Source: Deltaproteobacteria bacterium
GTDB taxonomy: Bacteria; Desulfobacterota; WTBG01; JAGOGO01
Direction: 5' to 3'
Assembly (NCBI GenBank): GCA_017996625.1
Contig: JAGOGO010000001.1
Location: 2,336-66,335 of the forward strand
DNA length: 64,000 bases
Below are positions 1-8,607 of the stretch, piece by piece (within the stretch, counting starts at the first letter, position 1; each line of letters opens with the position of its first letter). Below the pieces are notes generated by a model. That model worked only from the letters and a program-made list of their open reading frames with translations. It searched no databases and was not told the origin of the DNA. The position numbers were made by a program, and so were the translations under genes.

Positions 1-1
1 T

Positions 2-1468
2 ATTCGTGACTGGTGCATTTCCCGGCAGATCTGGTGGGGGCACCGGATTCCGGCTTGGTACTGTAGAACCTGCGGGGAGCTTCTCGTAGCGCGGGAAGAT
101 CCGCAGATCTGCAAGAGTTGCGGCAGCAGCGATCTTTTCCAAGAGTCTGATGTCCTTGATACCTGGTTCAGCTCATCACTGTGGCCTTTTTCCACCTTGG
201 GGTGGCCGATCCGTACCAAAGAACTGGAACGATTCTATCCTACATCAGTGCTTGTCACGGGGTTCGATATTCTTTTTTTCTGGGTCGCCCGTATGATGAT
301 GATGGGGCTCAAGTTTATGGGCGATGTTCCTTTCCGCGATGTGTATATCCACGCTCTTGTCCGCGACTCCAAGGGACAGAAGATGAGCAAGTCGCTGGGG
401 AATGTCATTGACCCGCTGGTTATGATCGACAAGTATGGTGCCGATGCATTTCGCTTCACGCTGGCTGCCCTGGCTGCGCAAGGAAGGGACATCAAGCTTT
501 CTGAAGACATCATTGCCGGCTACCAGCATTTCGCCAACAAACTCTGGAACGCTTCCCGATTCGTATTGCTTAATTTGGATGACTACGATCCTGATCGGGT
601 TCCGCCCTACAGTGCGTATCCTTTGGCTGCCCAATGGATTCTTAGTCGCGCTAACCGCCTTATCAAGACCGTGCGCGCTGCGTTGGACAGCTTCAAATTT
701 AATGAGGCCGCCTCCGCACTGTATCAGTTTACCTGGCATGAATTCTGTGATTGGTATGTCGAACTCAGTAAAGTGGACCTCGGGGTCCCAGGAACTGACG
801 AGACAACGCGCCGAGCTACGCAGTGTGTGCTGGTGGATGTGCTCAACATTCTCCTTAAGCTTCTGCATCCGTTCATGCCTTTTGTTACTGAAGAGATTTG
901 GCAGAAGCTGCCAGGAAATCAGGGCAGCATCATGATTTCTGAGTTTCCCAAGGTGGACAGCAAGTTTCTCAATACCAAAGCTGAAGAAGATCTCGATCTT
1001 GTGAAGGAGATTATTTATAATATTAGAAACATCCGAGGAGAAATGAATATTCCCCCTTCCCAGAAGGCGGATGTGATCCTCGTGTGCAGCAGCAGTCAAG
1101 GCACGCAGCTTGCTAGACAGCAGCGGTATCTTATTCCATTGGCTTTTCTGAAGAGCCTTGCCTTTTTGTCAGGAAAAGAACGGCCAAAGGCAGCGGCTAC
1201 TGCAATTATCAAGGGGGTGGAAATCTACATTCCCTTGGCAGGCTTGATCAATTTCGGCGAAGAAGAAAGCCGTATTAAGAAAGAAATCGCTAAGGTAGAG
1301 AAAGATCTCTTGTTTGTCAGCAAGAAACTATCTAATGAGGATTTTCTTCTCAAGGCTCCCCAGGACATTGTGGAAAAAGAGCGACAGCGTCGCCAGGAAC
1401 TCATTGATAAACAGAACAAACTGAACACCGGTCTGAATCGTCTGATCTCTTTACGGGATGAACGGTAA
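2..1468 (+). CDS. valS: valyl-tRNA synthetase, C-terminal ~490 aa (5' end lies upstream of window)
   Basis: Open frame runs from the window edge in the same frame as ORF 197..1468. KMSKS signature (KMSKSLGNVIDP), ValRS editing/anticodon-binding region and C-terminal coiled-coil (KKEIAKVEKDLLFVSKKLSNEDF). Confidence 0.9.
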   Translation: MRDWCISRQIWWGHRIPAWYCRTCGELLVAREDPQICKSCGSSDLFQESDVLDTWFSSSLWPFSTLGWPIRTKELERFYPTSVLVTGFDILFFWVARMMMMGLKFMGDVPFRDVYIHALVRDSKGQKMSKSLGNVIDPLVMIDKYGADAFRFTLAALAAQGRDIKLSEDIIAGYQHFANKLWNASRFVLLNLDDYDPDRVPPYSAYPLAAQWILSRANRLIKTVRAALDSFKFNEAASALYQFTWHEFCDWYVELSKVDLGVPGTDETTRRATQCVLVDVLNILLKLLHPFMPFVTEEIWQKLPGNQGSIMISEFPKVDSKFLNTKAEEDLDLVKEIIYNIRNIRGEMNIPPSQKADVILVCSSSQGTQLARQQRYLIPLAFLKSLAFLSGKERPKAAATAIIKGVEIYIPLAGLINFGEEESRIKKEIAKVEKDLLFVSKKLSNEDFLLKAPQDIVEKERQRRQELIDKQNKLNTGLNRLISLRDER

Positions 1469-2295
1469 TGATTGATAGCACTGATGCACTCATTAGTCTT
1501 GCCCTATGGGAGGATATCGGCCATCGAGACGTAACGACCGACATTCTTATTGATGAATGCGCCATCGGCAGCGCTACGATCCTAGCCAAGGAGAACTTTC
1601 TGCTTGCCGGGCTCGAGGTTTTCACTCGGGTTTTTTACCACGTCGACAAACGGGTTGCGGTGCAGGCGATACTTCAGGACGGTGATGAAGTTGCCGCCGG
1701 GTCAACTGTCGCTCGAGTGACAGGACCGGTGCGGGCACTGCTCAGTGGAGAACGTACCGCACTCAATTTTTTGCAGAGACTTTCCGGGGTAGCTACGTTA
1801 GTTCGTCAGGTGACCGACAGTGTTCGGCAGTATCCGGCTCGTATTGTGGATACTCGCAAGACCACCCCTGGCTGGCGACAGCTTGAAAAGGATGCCGTTC
1901 GAATCGGAGGAGCGCGCAACCATCGTTGCGGGCTCTACGATGGAGTTCTCATTAAGGATAATCACATCCGGGCTGCAGGTGACATCACCACGGCAGTATC
2001 GCGGGCACGTGAACAGGCCCCTTTTACTCTGAAGATAGAAGTCGAGGTTGAAAGCCTTGCACAGCTTGAAGAGGCGCTGGCCAGCCGGGCTGATATCATC
2101 ATGCTGGACAATATGAGTCTCGATGACATGCGAGAAGCTGTAAAACGGGTAAACGGCCGCGCAATTATTGAAGCGTCTGGCGGCATAACGCCGGAAAACG
2201 TGGAAGACGTGGCCCGCACCGGTGTGGATGTGATTTCTATGGGAATGCTCACCAGCGCTCCCCGGGCAGTTGACATCAGTATGGAACTGGATTAA
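1468..2295 (+). CDS. nadC: nicotinate-nucleotide pyrophosphorylase (quinolinate phosphoribosyltransferase)
   Basis: 275 aa. Motifs typical of NadC: GERTALNFLQRLSGVAT, VDTRKTTPGWR, DGVLIKDNH, DIIMLDNM. Start overlaps the valS stop (ATGA). Confidence 0.85.
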   Translation: MIDSTDALISLALWEDIGHRDVTTDILIDECAIGSATILAKENFLLAGLEVFTRVFYHVDKRVAVQAILQDGDEVAAGSTVARVTGPVRALLSGERTALNFLQRLSGVATLVRQVTDSVRQYPARIVDTRKTTPGWRQLEKDAVRIGGARNHRCGLYDGVLIKDNHIRAAGDITTAVSRAREQAPFTLKIEVEVESLAQLEEALASRADIIMLDNMSLDDMREAVKRVNGRAIIEASGGITPENVEDVARTGVDVISMGMLTSAPRAVDISMELD

Positions 2296-2342
2296 CGGCC
2301 GGCTCATAGCGAATCAATCTCATTCAGCAAAGCAGGTATAGT

Positions 2343-3119
2343 ATGCTTCTTGCAATTGATATCGGAAATACCAACATTGTTATGGGTGTGTTTTCGGAAG
2401 AGACGCTTGTCAATGACTGGCGGATCGTTACTGCGCCGAGCAAGACAGAAGACGAATACGGAATTATAGTATATAACCTTTATCGCTCAGCAAACCTTGA
2501 CCTGAAGCAGACAGACGGGATAATTATATCGAGCGTTGTTCCGCCGATCATGAACACAATGGAGCGGCTCTGTGCCAGGTATTTTCATATTAACCCGCTG
2601 ATTGTAGGCCCGGGGCTCAAGACCGGTATGCCGATTCGCTACGATAATCCTCATGAAGTAGGAGCCGATCGAATCGTTAATGCGGTAGCTGCATACGATG
2701 CGTTCAAGAGCAGCCTTATTGTGGTGGATTTCGGGACCGCCACCACCTTTGATTGTGTTTCTCCTCAGGGCGAATACATGGGCGGTGCGATCGCTCCCGG
2801 AATTGGGATTTCCAGTGAGGCTCTCTTTAAAGCTGCTTCCAAGCTTCCACGGATCGAGCTGGTGAAGCCTGAATCGATTATTGGAAAGAACACGGTGACC
2901 AGTTTGCAGGCTGGAATCGTGTATGGTTACATTGCCATGGTGGATGGCATTGTGGAAAAAATCAAGAAACAGGTGAAAACAAATCCCAAGGTCGTTGCCA
3001 CTGGAGGACTAGCCACCTTTATTGCCGCAGAGTCCAAGTGCATCGATGAAGTCGATCCAATGCTCACGTTGAAGGGTCTTCGGATCATTTACGAAAAGAA
3101 TGTTAAGTATCGGGTTTAA
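2343..3119 (+). CDS. coaX: type III pantothenate kinase
   Basis: 258 aa. N-terminal [17 protein letters not shown] (actin-like ATPase fold), central [11 protein letters not shown] and DFGTATTFD motifs of CoaX/Bvg accessory factor family. Confidence 0.85.
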   Translation: MLLAIDIGNTNIVMGVFSEETLVNDWRIVTAPSKTEDEYGIIVYNLYRSANLDLKQTDGIIISSVVPPIMNTMERLCARYFHINPLIVGPGLKTGMPIRYDNPHEVGADRIVNAVAAYDAFKSSLIVVDFGTATTFDCVSPQGEYMGGAIAPGIGISSEALFKAASKLPRIELVKPESIIGKNTVTSLQAGIVYGYIAMVDGIVEKIKKQVKTNPKVVATGGLATFIAAESKCIDEVDPMLTLKGLRIIYEKNVKYRV

Positions 3120-3267
3120 CGCCCGGATTGGGAGCAGTTGTTGAAATCGCGATTTGCGATTCGATACTGACGATATCAGAATGCAATTCTGAGCGTTTTT
3201 GTGGGATCATCACTGTTTGCGGTTGGATTGTTGCGAATTCGTCACCTTTCATCAAGCGAGGGCAACC

Positions 3268-3765
3268 GTGAAGCTCACACCCTTAGACATTCAGCAGCAG
3301 CGATTTTCGGTTAAGTTCAGGGGCTATGATATTCAGGAGGTGGATTCGTTTCTTGAGACAGTGGCTTCGGATGTTGAAGAGTATACTCAGAAGATCGATC
3401 GGCTCAATGAAGAAGTAGAACGAAAAAACGAGCGGATCTGGGAATATCAGAACATGGAAAAGACTCTCAAAGAAACCCTGATGATGGCCCAGACGACTTC
3501 GGAGGAAGTAAAGAAAAATGCCCAGCGGGCTGCTGATGATATGAGGCAGCATGCCCAGCGGGAGACGGAAACCATGCTCGCCGAAGCAAAACAGCAGTCA
3601 GCGAAAATAATGGAAGAGACCAATCTGCATCTGGCAAAGGTGCTTGCTGAGATCAGCGATCTTAAGGGAAAGAAAATTGTTATGGAGCAAGAGCTTCGAG
3701 CTTTTTTGGAGAAGCACCTCAGGCTCCTGGAAGAGACGGAGCGGACCAGCAGGACCGGTGAGTGA
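3268..3765 (+). CDS. DivIVA domain-containing cell-division protein
   Basis: Start set at in-frame GTG giving the canonical DivIVA N-terminus (V)KLTPLDIQQQRFSVKFRGYDIQEVDSFLE; rest is coiled-coil. The longer ORF from 3199 is a probable N-terminal over-extension. Confidence 0.75.
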   Translation: MKLTPLDIQQQRFSVKFRGYDIQEVDSFLETVASDVEEYTQKIDRLNEEVERKNERIWEYQNMEKTLKETLMMAQTTSEEVKKNAQRAADDMRQHAQRETETMLAEAKQQSAKIMEETNLHLAKVLAEISDLKGKKIVMEQELRAFLEKHLRLLEETERTSRTGE

Positions 3766-3775
3766 CCTGTCGGAT

Positions 3776-3936
3776 AGTGAAAAGTGAAGAGTGAAAAAAG
3801 TTCACCGTTGACCGAAAAACCAAAGGCTGGAGACGATCCCTTGTCGTCGACAAAAAAGATCTAATCCAGTCGGTCAACGGACAACGGTGAACAGTGAACG
3901 TACCCGTCACTTTTCCTTCCTACTCCTTACTGCTTT
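3776..3936. repeat. intergenic palindromic element, family member A (purine arm, inner 14-bp inverted repeat, pyrimidine arm)
   Basis: AGTGAAAAGTGAAGAGTGAAAAAAG, then TTCACCGTTGACCG ... CGGTCAACGG-ACAA-CGGTGAACAGTGAACG, then CACTTTTCCTTCCTACTCCTTACTGCTTT. Sits between the divIVA stop and the DUF167 start. Confidence 0.5.
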
Positions 3937-4005
3937 ATGCGTCCCTGCGCGAGAAAGAGTAGAGGTAATCGGGTGTCGGCCCTTACTCGACAAACAGGTA
4001 CCGCA

Positions 4006-4299
4006 ATGATTCAGGTGCGTGAAGACAAGACCGGCATCCTTTTTTGGATTACAGTAAAACCCCGGTCGAAGAAAAACGGTGTTATTATTGCCCACGATGA
4101 TACCGTTATCGTGCAGGTTACTGCAGCACCGGTAGAAGGAAAAGCGAATGAAGCGTGCTGTAAGGTCTTGGCCCAGGTGTTGGGAATAAGCAAGTCAAGC
4201 ATTTCCATTCGTACCGGCGAGACCTCAACAAAGAAACTGGTTCATTGCCGGAACATCTTTGCTGAGGAAGTCCGGTTGCGGCTCGATAGCAAAAAGTAA
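4006..4299 (+). CDS. DUF167 (YggU-like) family protein
   Basis: 97 aa from internal ATG (typical YggU length). ILFWITVKPRSKKNGVI...VTAAPVEGKANEA...LAQVLGISKSSISIRTGETSTKKLV matches the DUF167 signature. The upstream part of ORF 3937 overlaps a repeat element. Confidence 0.7.
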   Translation: MIQVREDKTGILFWITVKPRSKKNGVIIAHDDTVIVQVTAAPVEGKANEACCKVLAQVLGISKSSISIRTGETSTKKLVHCRNIFAEEVRLRLDSKK

Positions 4300-4405
4300 G
4301 AAGTTAAAAGTAAGAAGTAAAGAATATAGCGTAAGAAGTCATCAGACGATGAGCCATTTTCTATCCATTAACTCCTCACTTTTCACTCCTTACTTCTTAC
4401 TGTTA
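4294..4405. repeat. intergenic palindromic element, family member B
   Basis: AGTAAGAAGTTAAAAGTAAGAAGTAAAG ... ACTCCTCACTTTTCACTCCTTACTTCTTACTGTT. AGTAAGAAGTAA pairs with TTACTTCTTACT. Between DUF167 and mutM. Confidence 0.5.
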
Positions 4406-4413
4406 AGTGATTC

Positions 4414-5259
4414 ATGCCCGAGCTTCCAGAAGTCGAAACGATTAAGAGGGACCTAGCACCGCAGGTGGCGGGGAAAACGATTACCGCGGTAGAATTCCCT
4501 CCCGATCCTCGTTGCCGAATCCTGCGACGATTCTGCGCCTCGAAGGCCCTTTTTCAGAAGGAGCTTCAAGGCGTCCAAATCCTAAGTCTGCGGCGACGAG
4601 CAAAGTACCTCGTTTTCGATCTTATTCCAGCCGGCAGTCTGATTATGCATCTCGGCATGTCCGGTCAGATTCTCTTGCGTCCCTCAGGTACACCGCCCGA
4701 TCCTTATGTTCGCGCCATCGTATATCTCGATGATGAACACGAGATCCGGTTTTCCGACCCTCGCAAATTCGGCGAAATTCTCTTTTCACGTCCTCCACAG
4801 TGGAATCCGCCGGTGAATTTGGATTCCTTGGGGCCGGAGCCTTTGGAAGGCGAATGCACCATTTCTTATCTGACTGCAGTCCTAAAAAAATCTCACCGAC
4901 CGATCAAAACAGTTCTTATGGATCAGCAGATCATTGCTGGAATCGGAAACATATATAGCGACGAATCCTTATTTGCGGCGGCACTGCATCCCTGTCGTGA
5001 GGCGTGCTCACTGAGCCGAGAGGAGATTGCCCGGCTTCATCGAGCCCTACGTCATATTCTGCGCAAGGCGATCAAATACCGGGGTACTACTGCGCGAGAC
5101 CAGCGTTATCGCGACGGTCTCGGCAGGGCCGGAGAATTTCAGAACAGTCTTCAGGTATACCAGCGTTTCGGCCAGAAATGCCGAAGATGTAGTGCACAAA
5201 TAACAGCTCTTCGGATTGCCGGAAGAACCGCCTCGTTCTGCCCAAGGTGCCAGAAGTAG
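4414..5259 (+). CDS. mutM: formamidopyrimidine-DNA glycosylase (Fpg/MutM)
   Basis: N-terminal MPELPEVETIKRDL (catalytic Pro2/Glu3), H2TH region, C-terminal CxxC...CPRCQ zinc finger. Confidence 0.9.
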   Translation: MPELPEVETIKRDLAPQVAGKTITAVEFPPDPRCRILRRFCASKALFQKELQGVQILSLRRRAKYLVFDLIPAGSLIMHLGMSGQILLRPSGTPPDPYVRAIVYLDDEHEIRFSDPRKFGEILFSRPPQWNPPVNLDSLGPEPLEGECTISYLTAVLKKSHRPIKTVLMDQQIIAGIGNIYSDESLFAAALHPCREACSLSREEIARLHRALRHILRKAIKYRGTTARDQRYRDGLGRAGEFQNSLQVYQRFGQKCRRCSAQITALRIAGRTASFCPRCQK

Positions 5260-5405
5260 TGATAATTCCTCTAATTGCTATTACTACTATCCTGTGATAG
5301 ATTTAAACGATGGAAAATCGAATCATCAGGGTCCTCACCTGTCTACAGACTATGAAGAGTGATTTCGTGCCGGCAGGGAATATGGACTCATGGTGAGTAC
5401 TTCAC

Positions 5406-5855
5406 ATGAAGTACTGTGATATCTGTTGTCAGATCTCAGAACCTATCTCTTGCGGGGAGACGATATGCATGAGCAAGATTATAGAAATCGAAGACCGCAT
5501 TGAGTCGGAAAAACGCAAAAAAACTATAGCAGAAAAAAGACGGGCCATTGCTCCCTTGATTCATTTTCTACAGTGTTCATGCTGCAGAATGAAGTGTTGG
5601 CGTTGCGGTTCACAAGTAGAGCTGGCATCTCCGGGCGTGTCATCACCTGACATTCCGTTCAGCTTCTGTCCCACGTGTCGAGAAGAGTTTTTGGAGTACC
5701 AACGTTCCCAGCAGGAGCCGCTGCAGACAACAACTCCTTGGCACAATCCTGAATGGGAAGCCATGTGGGAAAAATGGATCGAGTATCAGGACGCGGTACG
5801 CACGTTTCATCGCTCTCAGGAGGTCCGGGACCTTTTTGCTGACTTGCGATGTTAA
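5406..5855 (+). CDS. hypothetical cysteine-rich (zinc-ribbon-like) protein
   Basis: ORF with CSCCRMKCWRC...CPTC cysteine clusters and a W/E-rich tail. No family recognised. True start may be the internal ATG (MSKIIEIEDRIE, around 5469). Confidence 0.35.
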   Translation: MKYCDICCQISEPISCGETICMSKIIEIEDRIESEKRKKTIAEKRRAIAPLIHFLQCSCCRMKCWRCGSQVELASPGVSSPDIPFSFCPTCREEFLEYQRSQQEPLQTTTPWHNPEWEAMWEKWIEYQDAVRTFHRSQEVRDLFADLRC

Positions 5856-6159
5856 TGCATTCCACCTTGCTCCATTTACAGGTGTAATTGGGCAACAAAA
5901 GACCTGAACCAGTTTAATAGTGACCGCAAGGAGCAGCAGACGGTATTGCTCGTCGAACCTCTGCCAGCTTAATGCATACTGTAACTCGATCTGCCAAGCA
6001 CTTAATATCTTTTGTATATTGGAAAAAGGTGCGGTCAAATATCACTTCGGCCTGCCGATGCCTTTTCGGAGTGATGAAAACCGTTTGTTTGCTCTCTTAA
6101 CGAATTTTTCACCATGCGCGTATCATGCAAGCTCATGATCCTGGAGAGAAAGCGCTTCT

Positions 6160-6363
6160 ATGGAAAAGGTCTTCATTTACAACGATCTCCTCGGCTTAAA
6201 GGGCACGTCCGGCATTCTTCATGAGGTAAACAGCAAAGGATATTACGTGACCGTTATCAGGATCAAGGAAAAGCGCCACCGGGTTCTGCTTCCGGTTCAG
6301 TCCACTGTAATCATTTACAGCGAACCGATCGTGGAAGTCGAGAATGCTCTCGATCTTGAATAG
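6160..6363 (+). CDS. hypothetical small protein (67 aa)
   Basis: Compact ORF in an otherwise empty gap immediately upstream of the rhodanese gene. No recognisable motif. Confidence 0.25.
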   Translation: MEKVFIYNDLLGLKGTSGILHEVNSKGYYVTVIRIKEKRHRVLLPVQSTVIIYSEPIVEVENALDLE

Positions 6364-6446
6364 AACGATGCTAGTCTGGAGCTGATCCTGGCGGTATGCG
6401 AGGCTCTCTGTGCCGGCGCATCTGAGCTGTTTCTCGCTCACGACGT

Positions 6447-6941
6447 TTGTGGAAGATAACTATGGTGAAACAGAAGGTTGTCGAAGCGCTTGTAATTCTA
6501 CTTGTTTCTGCAGTGCTTGCCATTTTTGCCAATGAACTGAGGTCTGACAGTCTTCCAGTGATTCGGGAAAAGGTTGCTACGTCTGCTGGCAATGATACGG
6601 CTATGGCGCCGACGATTTCGCTGGAGGCGTTTCTCGAAGTTAGCAAACACCCTGGAGTACTGATTCTCGACGTCCGGGCTGAAGAGGATTTTCAGGAAGC
6701 CCATATTCCCGGGGCACAGAGTCTTCCGTCAGAAAGTTCGGAAGAACAGACTGCTTCGGTTCTGCTCGACGTGGGGTATGATCAGGAAATAGTGGTTTAC
6801 TGCTCTGGCAGCGACTGCGAAGCAGCCGAGGATGTTGCCGTCTCACTTTGTGATCGTGGATATAGCGCGGTACGAGTGTTTTCCGGCGGGTGGGAAGAAT
6901 GGATCAACAGCAATCTTCCCATCGAATCTGAAGTGGAATAA
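6447..6941 (+). CDS. rhodanese-like domain protein with N-terminal membrane anchor
   Basis: Hydrophobic N-terminus (LVILLVSAVLAIFA). Rhodanese fold motifs LILDVRAEEDFQEAHIPGA and the active-site loop VVYCSGSDCEAA, with C-terminal GGWEEW. Confidence 0.75.
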   Translation: MWKITMVKQKVVEALVILLVSAVLAIFANELRSDSLPVIREKVATSAGNDTAMAPTISLEAFLEVSKHPGVLILDVRAEEDFQEAHIPGAQSLPSESSEEQTASVLLDVGYDQEIVVYCSGSDCEAAEDVAVSLCDRGYSAVRVFSGGWEEWINSNLPIESEVE

Positions 6942-6944
6942 CAG

Positions 6945-7012
6945 GCGGCAGCTGCAACAAACGAGCATGGAGCACGGAGCAGTGGAGCAGTGGAGCAAAG
7001 AGCAATCAATTG
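6945..7012. repeat. possible purine-rich family member (GGAGCA/GTGGAGCA repeats) after rhodanese stop
   Basis: GGAGCACGGAGCAGTGGAGCAGTGGAGCAAAGAGCAATCAATTGAGAATCAAG. Overlaps the annotated N-terminus of the MauE/DoxX ORF, so either coding or element. Confidence 0.25.
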
Positions 7013-7527
7013 AGAATCAAGATCGACGTAGGGATGCTTTTTTGAGCACCGTAAGTACGTTTGCCAAGAAGATTTTCACCCATCCCATTACCGCTGTGGT
7101 CGGAAGGCTGGTGCTTGGCAGTATCTTTGTGTATGCCGGCTGGGACAAGATTAATGATCCAGAAGCCTTTGCCGAGGCAATACACAACTATCGCATTCTG
7201 CCTGTAGCATCGATTAATCTCGTTGCCATTGTGCTTCCTTGGATAGAGCTGGTTTGCGGAGCACTACTCGTGGCAGGAGTGTTTACCGGTGGAAGCAGTT
7301 TGCTCATAGCGGCGCTTCTCGGGAGTTTTCTGCTTGCTCTGATATCAGCGTTGGTTCGAGGGCTTGATATCAGCTGTGGCTGCTTCTCCGGCCGGAGCAA
7401 AGATCCTATCACCATCTGGTACTTGCTGCGAGATGGGACGCTTCTTTTGTTTTCCCTGCAGATCCTATTTTTTGATCAATGCCGGTATAGCCTTGCTCGA
7501 CTGCGAAAGAAGCGCTCGGCAGTCTGA
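6967..7527 (+). CDS. MauE/DoxX family membrane protein
   Basis: Multi-pass hydrophobic protein (VGRLVLGSIFVYAGWDKINDPEAF...NLVAIVLPWIELVCGALL) with a C-terminal CGCFSG motif. Such proteins commonly partner rhodanese. Start chosen at internal ATG to avoid overlapping the rhodanese gene, but may lie further downstream (a TTG). Confidence 0.6.
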   Translation: MEHGAVEQWSKEQSIENQDRRRDAFLSTVSTFAKKIFTHPITAVVGRLVLGSIFVYAGWDKINDPEAFAEAIHNYRILPVASINLVAIVLPWIELVCGALLVAGVFTGGSSLLIAALLGSFLLALISALVRGLDISCGCFSGRSKDPITIWYLLRDGTLLLFSLQILFFDQCRYSLARLRKKRSAV

Positions 7528-7528
7528 A

Positions 7529-8602
7529 TTATGCTGCACCGGCACTATCTTGAAGGCGTTTTGATACTTCTTGTAACAGTTCCATAACCTGTTGCGAGAC
7601 TTCCAGCGCCAGAGAGCCAGTGCCGCAGCTGGGGGTGATTAACGACTGCCGAAGAATCATCTCTCTGGCGATACCCTTTTTCGCAAGTTCATCCACGTAC
7701 GTATTCCATCGTTGTACGAGCGAAGCGGCTGTTTCTTTCCTCACATCATCAGGATTCGCAGTGGGAACCAGCCCCCAGGCGAGAACGTTGCCCTGAGCGA
7801 GGAACTCCTTAATTGCATCAGCATAGAGAATGAGCTTCCCGAAGAAGCTGTATGCATCAAAGTTGAGGATATCACACCCACTTCGCATAAGCATTGCCCA
7901 GTCAGTATTCTCACAGCAGTGAATACCAGCTAATCCTCCGTCAGCATGAATGACCTCGATGATTTCTAAAAGATCGTTTTTTACATCATCCTCCGAAATG
8001 CCCAGAAATGCGGTTGATCCATAGGCAGCCAGGCTGGGTTCATCAATGAAAATAATGACGGGGACTCCTAGAAATCGAAACTGATGGATCTGCCAGCGCG
8101 CCTTGAGAGCAAGCGTTTTTACCACTACTTCACGCAGCCGGTTATCGTAATAGGCACTCCTCCCGTCCTGATCCTTGAGGGAGGTACCTAACGACACCGG
8201 ACCGCTGATTTGACCTTTTACGGCGGTCAGAGGAGCTGCCTTCTGCTTCAGTACTTCGAGCAGAGCGGGAATGCCCTGGGAGCAGGCGGCCGATATGCCG
8301 AAGCGGCTGTTGAATGGCAGGGTTTCCAACTCCAGAGCTTGAAGATAGTCTTCATAAAATCCCAGCAGTTCGGAATCAAAGCCAGGTGACCGTGTGTCAA
8401 AAAACAACTTTTCATTTTGATATACCAGGCCAGGTATGCCTTCATTATACTGAGAGGTCATCCCTTCCTCTGGAAAGGCCGGTAGCTGAGGCCAAACGGG
8501 GATGCGAGGAATGGTCTTCATGATAAGTCGAACGGCATCGCCAGCATTCCGGTGAGGAAAGCTGCCGATGGCAGTAGCTTCGCAGCAGGCAGGAATATTC
8601 AT
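7529..8602 (-). CDS. cobalamin-independent methionine synthase (MetE) C-terminal-domain-like methyltransferase
   Basis: 357 aa. Putative zinc-ligand pattern H-C-x-E (GIHCCENTDW) plus a late Cys (TPSCGTG) resembles MetE/UroD-fold methyltransferases. Assignment by motif only. Confidence 0.55.
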   Translation of the reverse strand: MNIPACCEATAIGSFPHRNAGDAVRLIMKTIPRIPVWPQLPAFPEEGMTSQYNEGIPGLVYQNEKLFFDTRSPGFDSELLGFYEDYLQALELETLPFNSRFGISAACSQGIPALLEVLKQKAAPLTAVKGQISGPVSLGTSLKDQDGRSAYYDNRLREVVVKTLALKARWQIHQFRFLGVPVIIFIDEPSLAAYGSTAFLGISEDDVKNDLLEIIEVIHADGGLAGIHCCENTDWAMLMRSGCDILNFDAYSFFGKLILYADAIKEFLAQGNVLAWGLVPTANPDDVRKETAASLVQRWNTYVDELAKKGIAREMILRQSLITPSCGTGSLALEVSQQVMELLQEVSKRLQDSAGAA

Positions 8603-8607
8603 GACTT

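Noticed and set aside
4259-4456. Short ORFs spanning the repeat elements (4259-4456 plus strand, 3907-4095 minus, 3719-3910 minus, 14913-15125 plus)
   Set aside because: They are composed of the purine or pyrimidine arms of the intergenic repeats, overlap real gene starts, and have no ribosome-binding site.
6832-6966. N-terminal 45 codons of the 231-aa ORF (MauE/DoxX) overlapping the rhodanese gene
   Set aside because: A 110-bp overlap with the well-supported rhodanese CDS in another frame. The MauE family starts near the first TM helix, so the start was moved to the internal ATG, or later.
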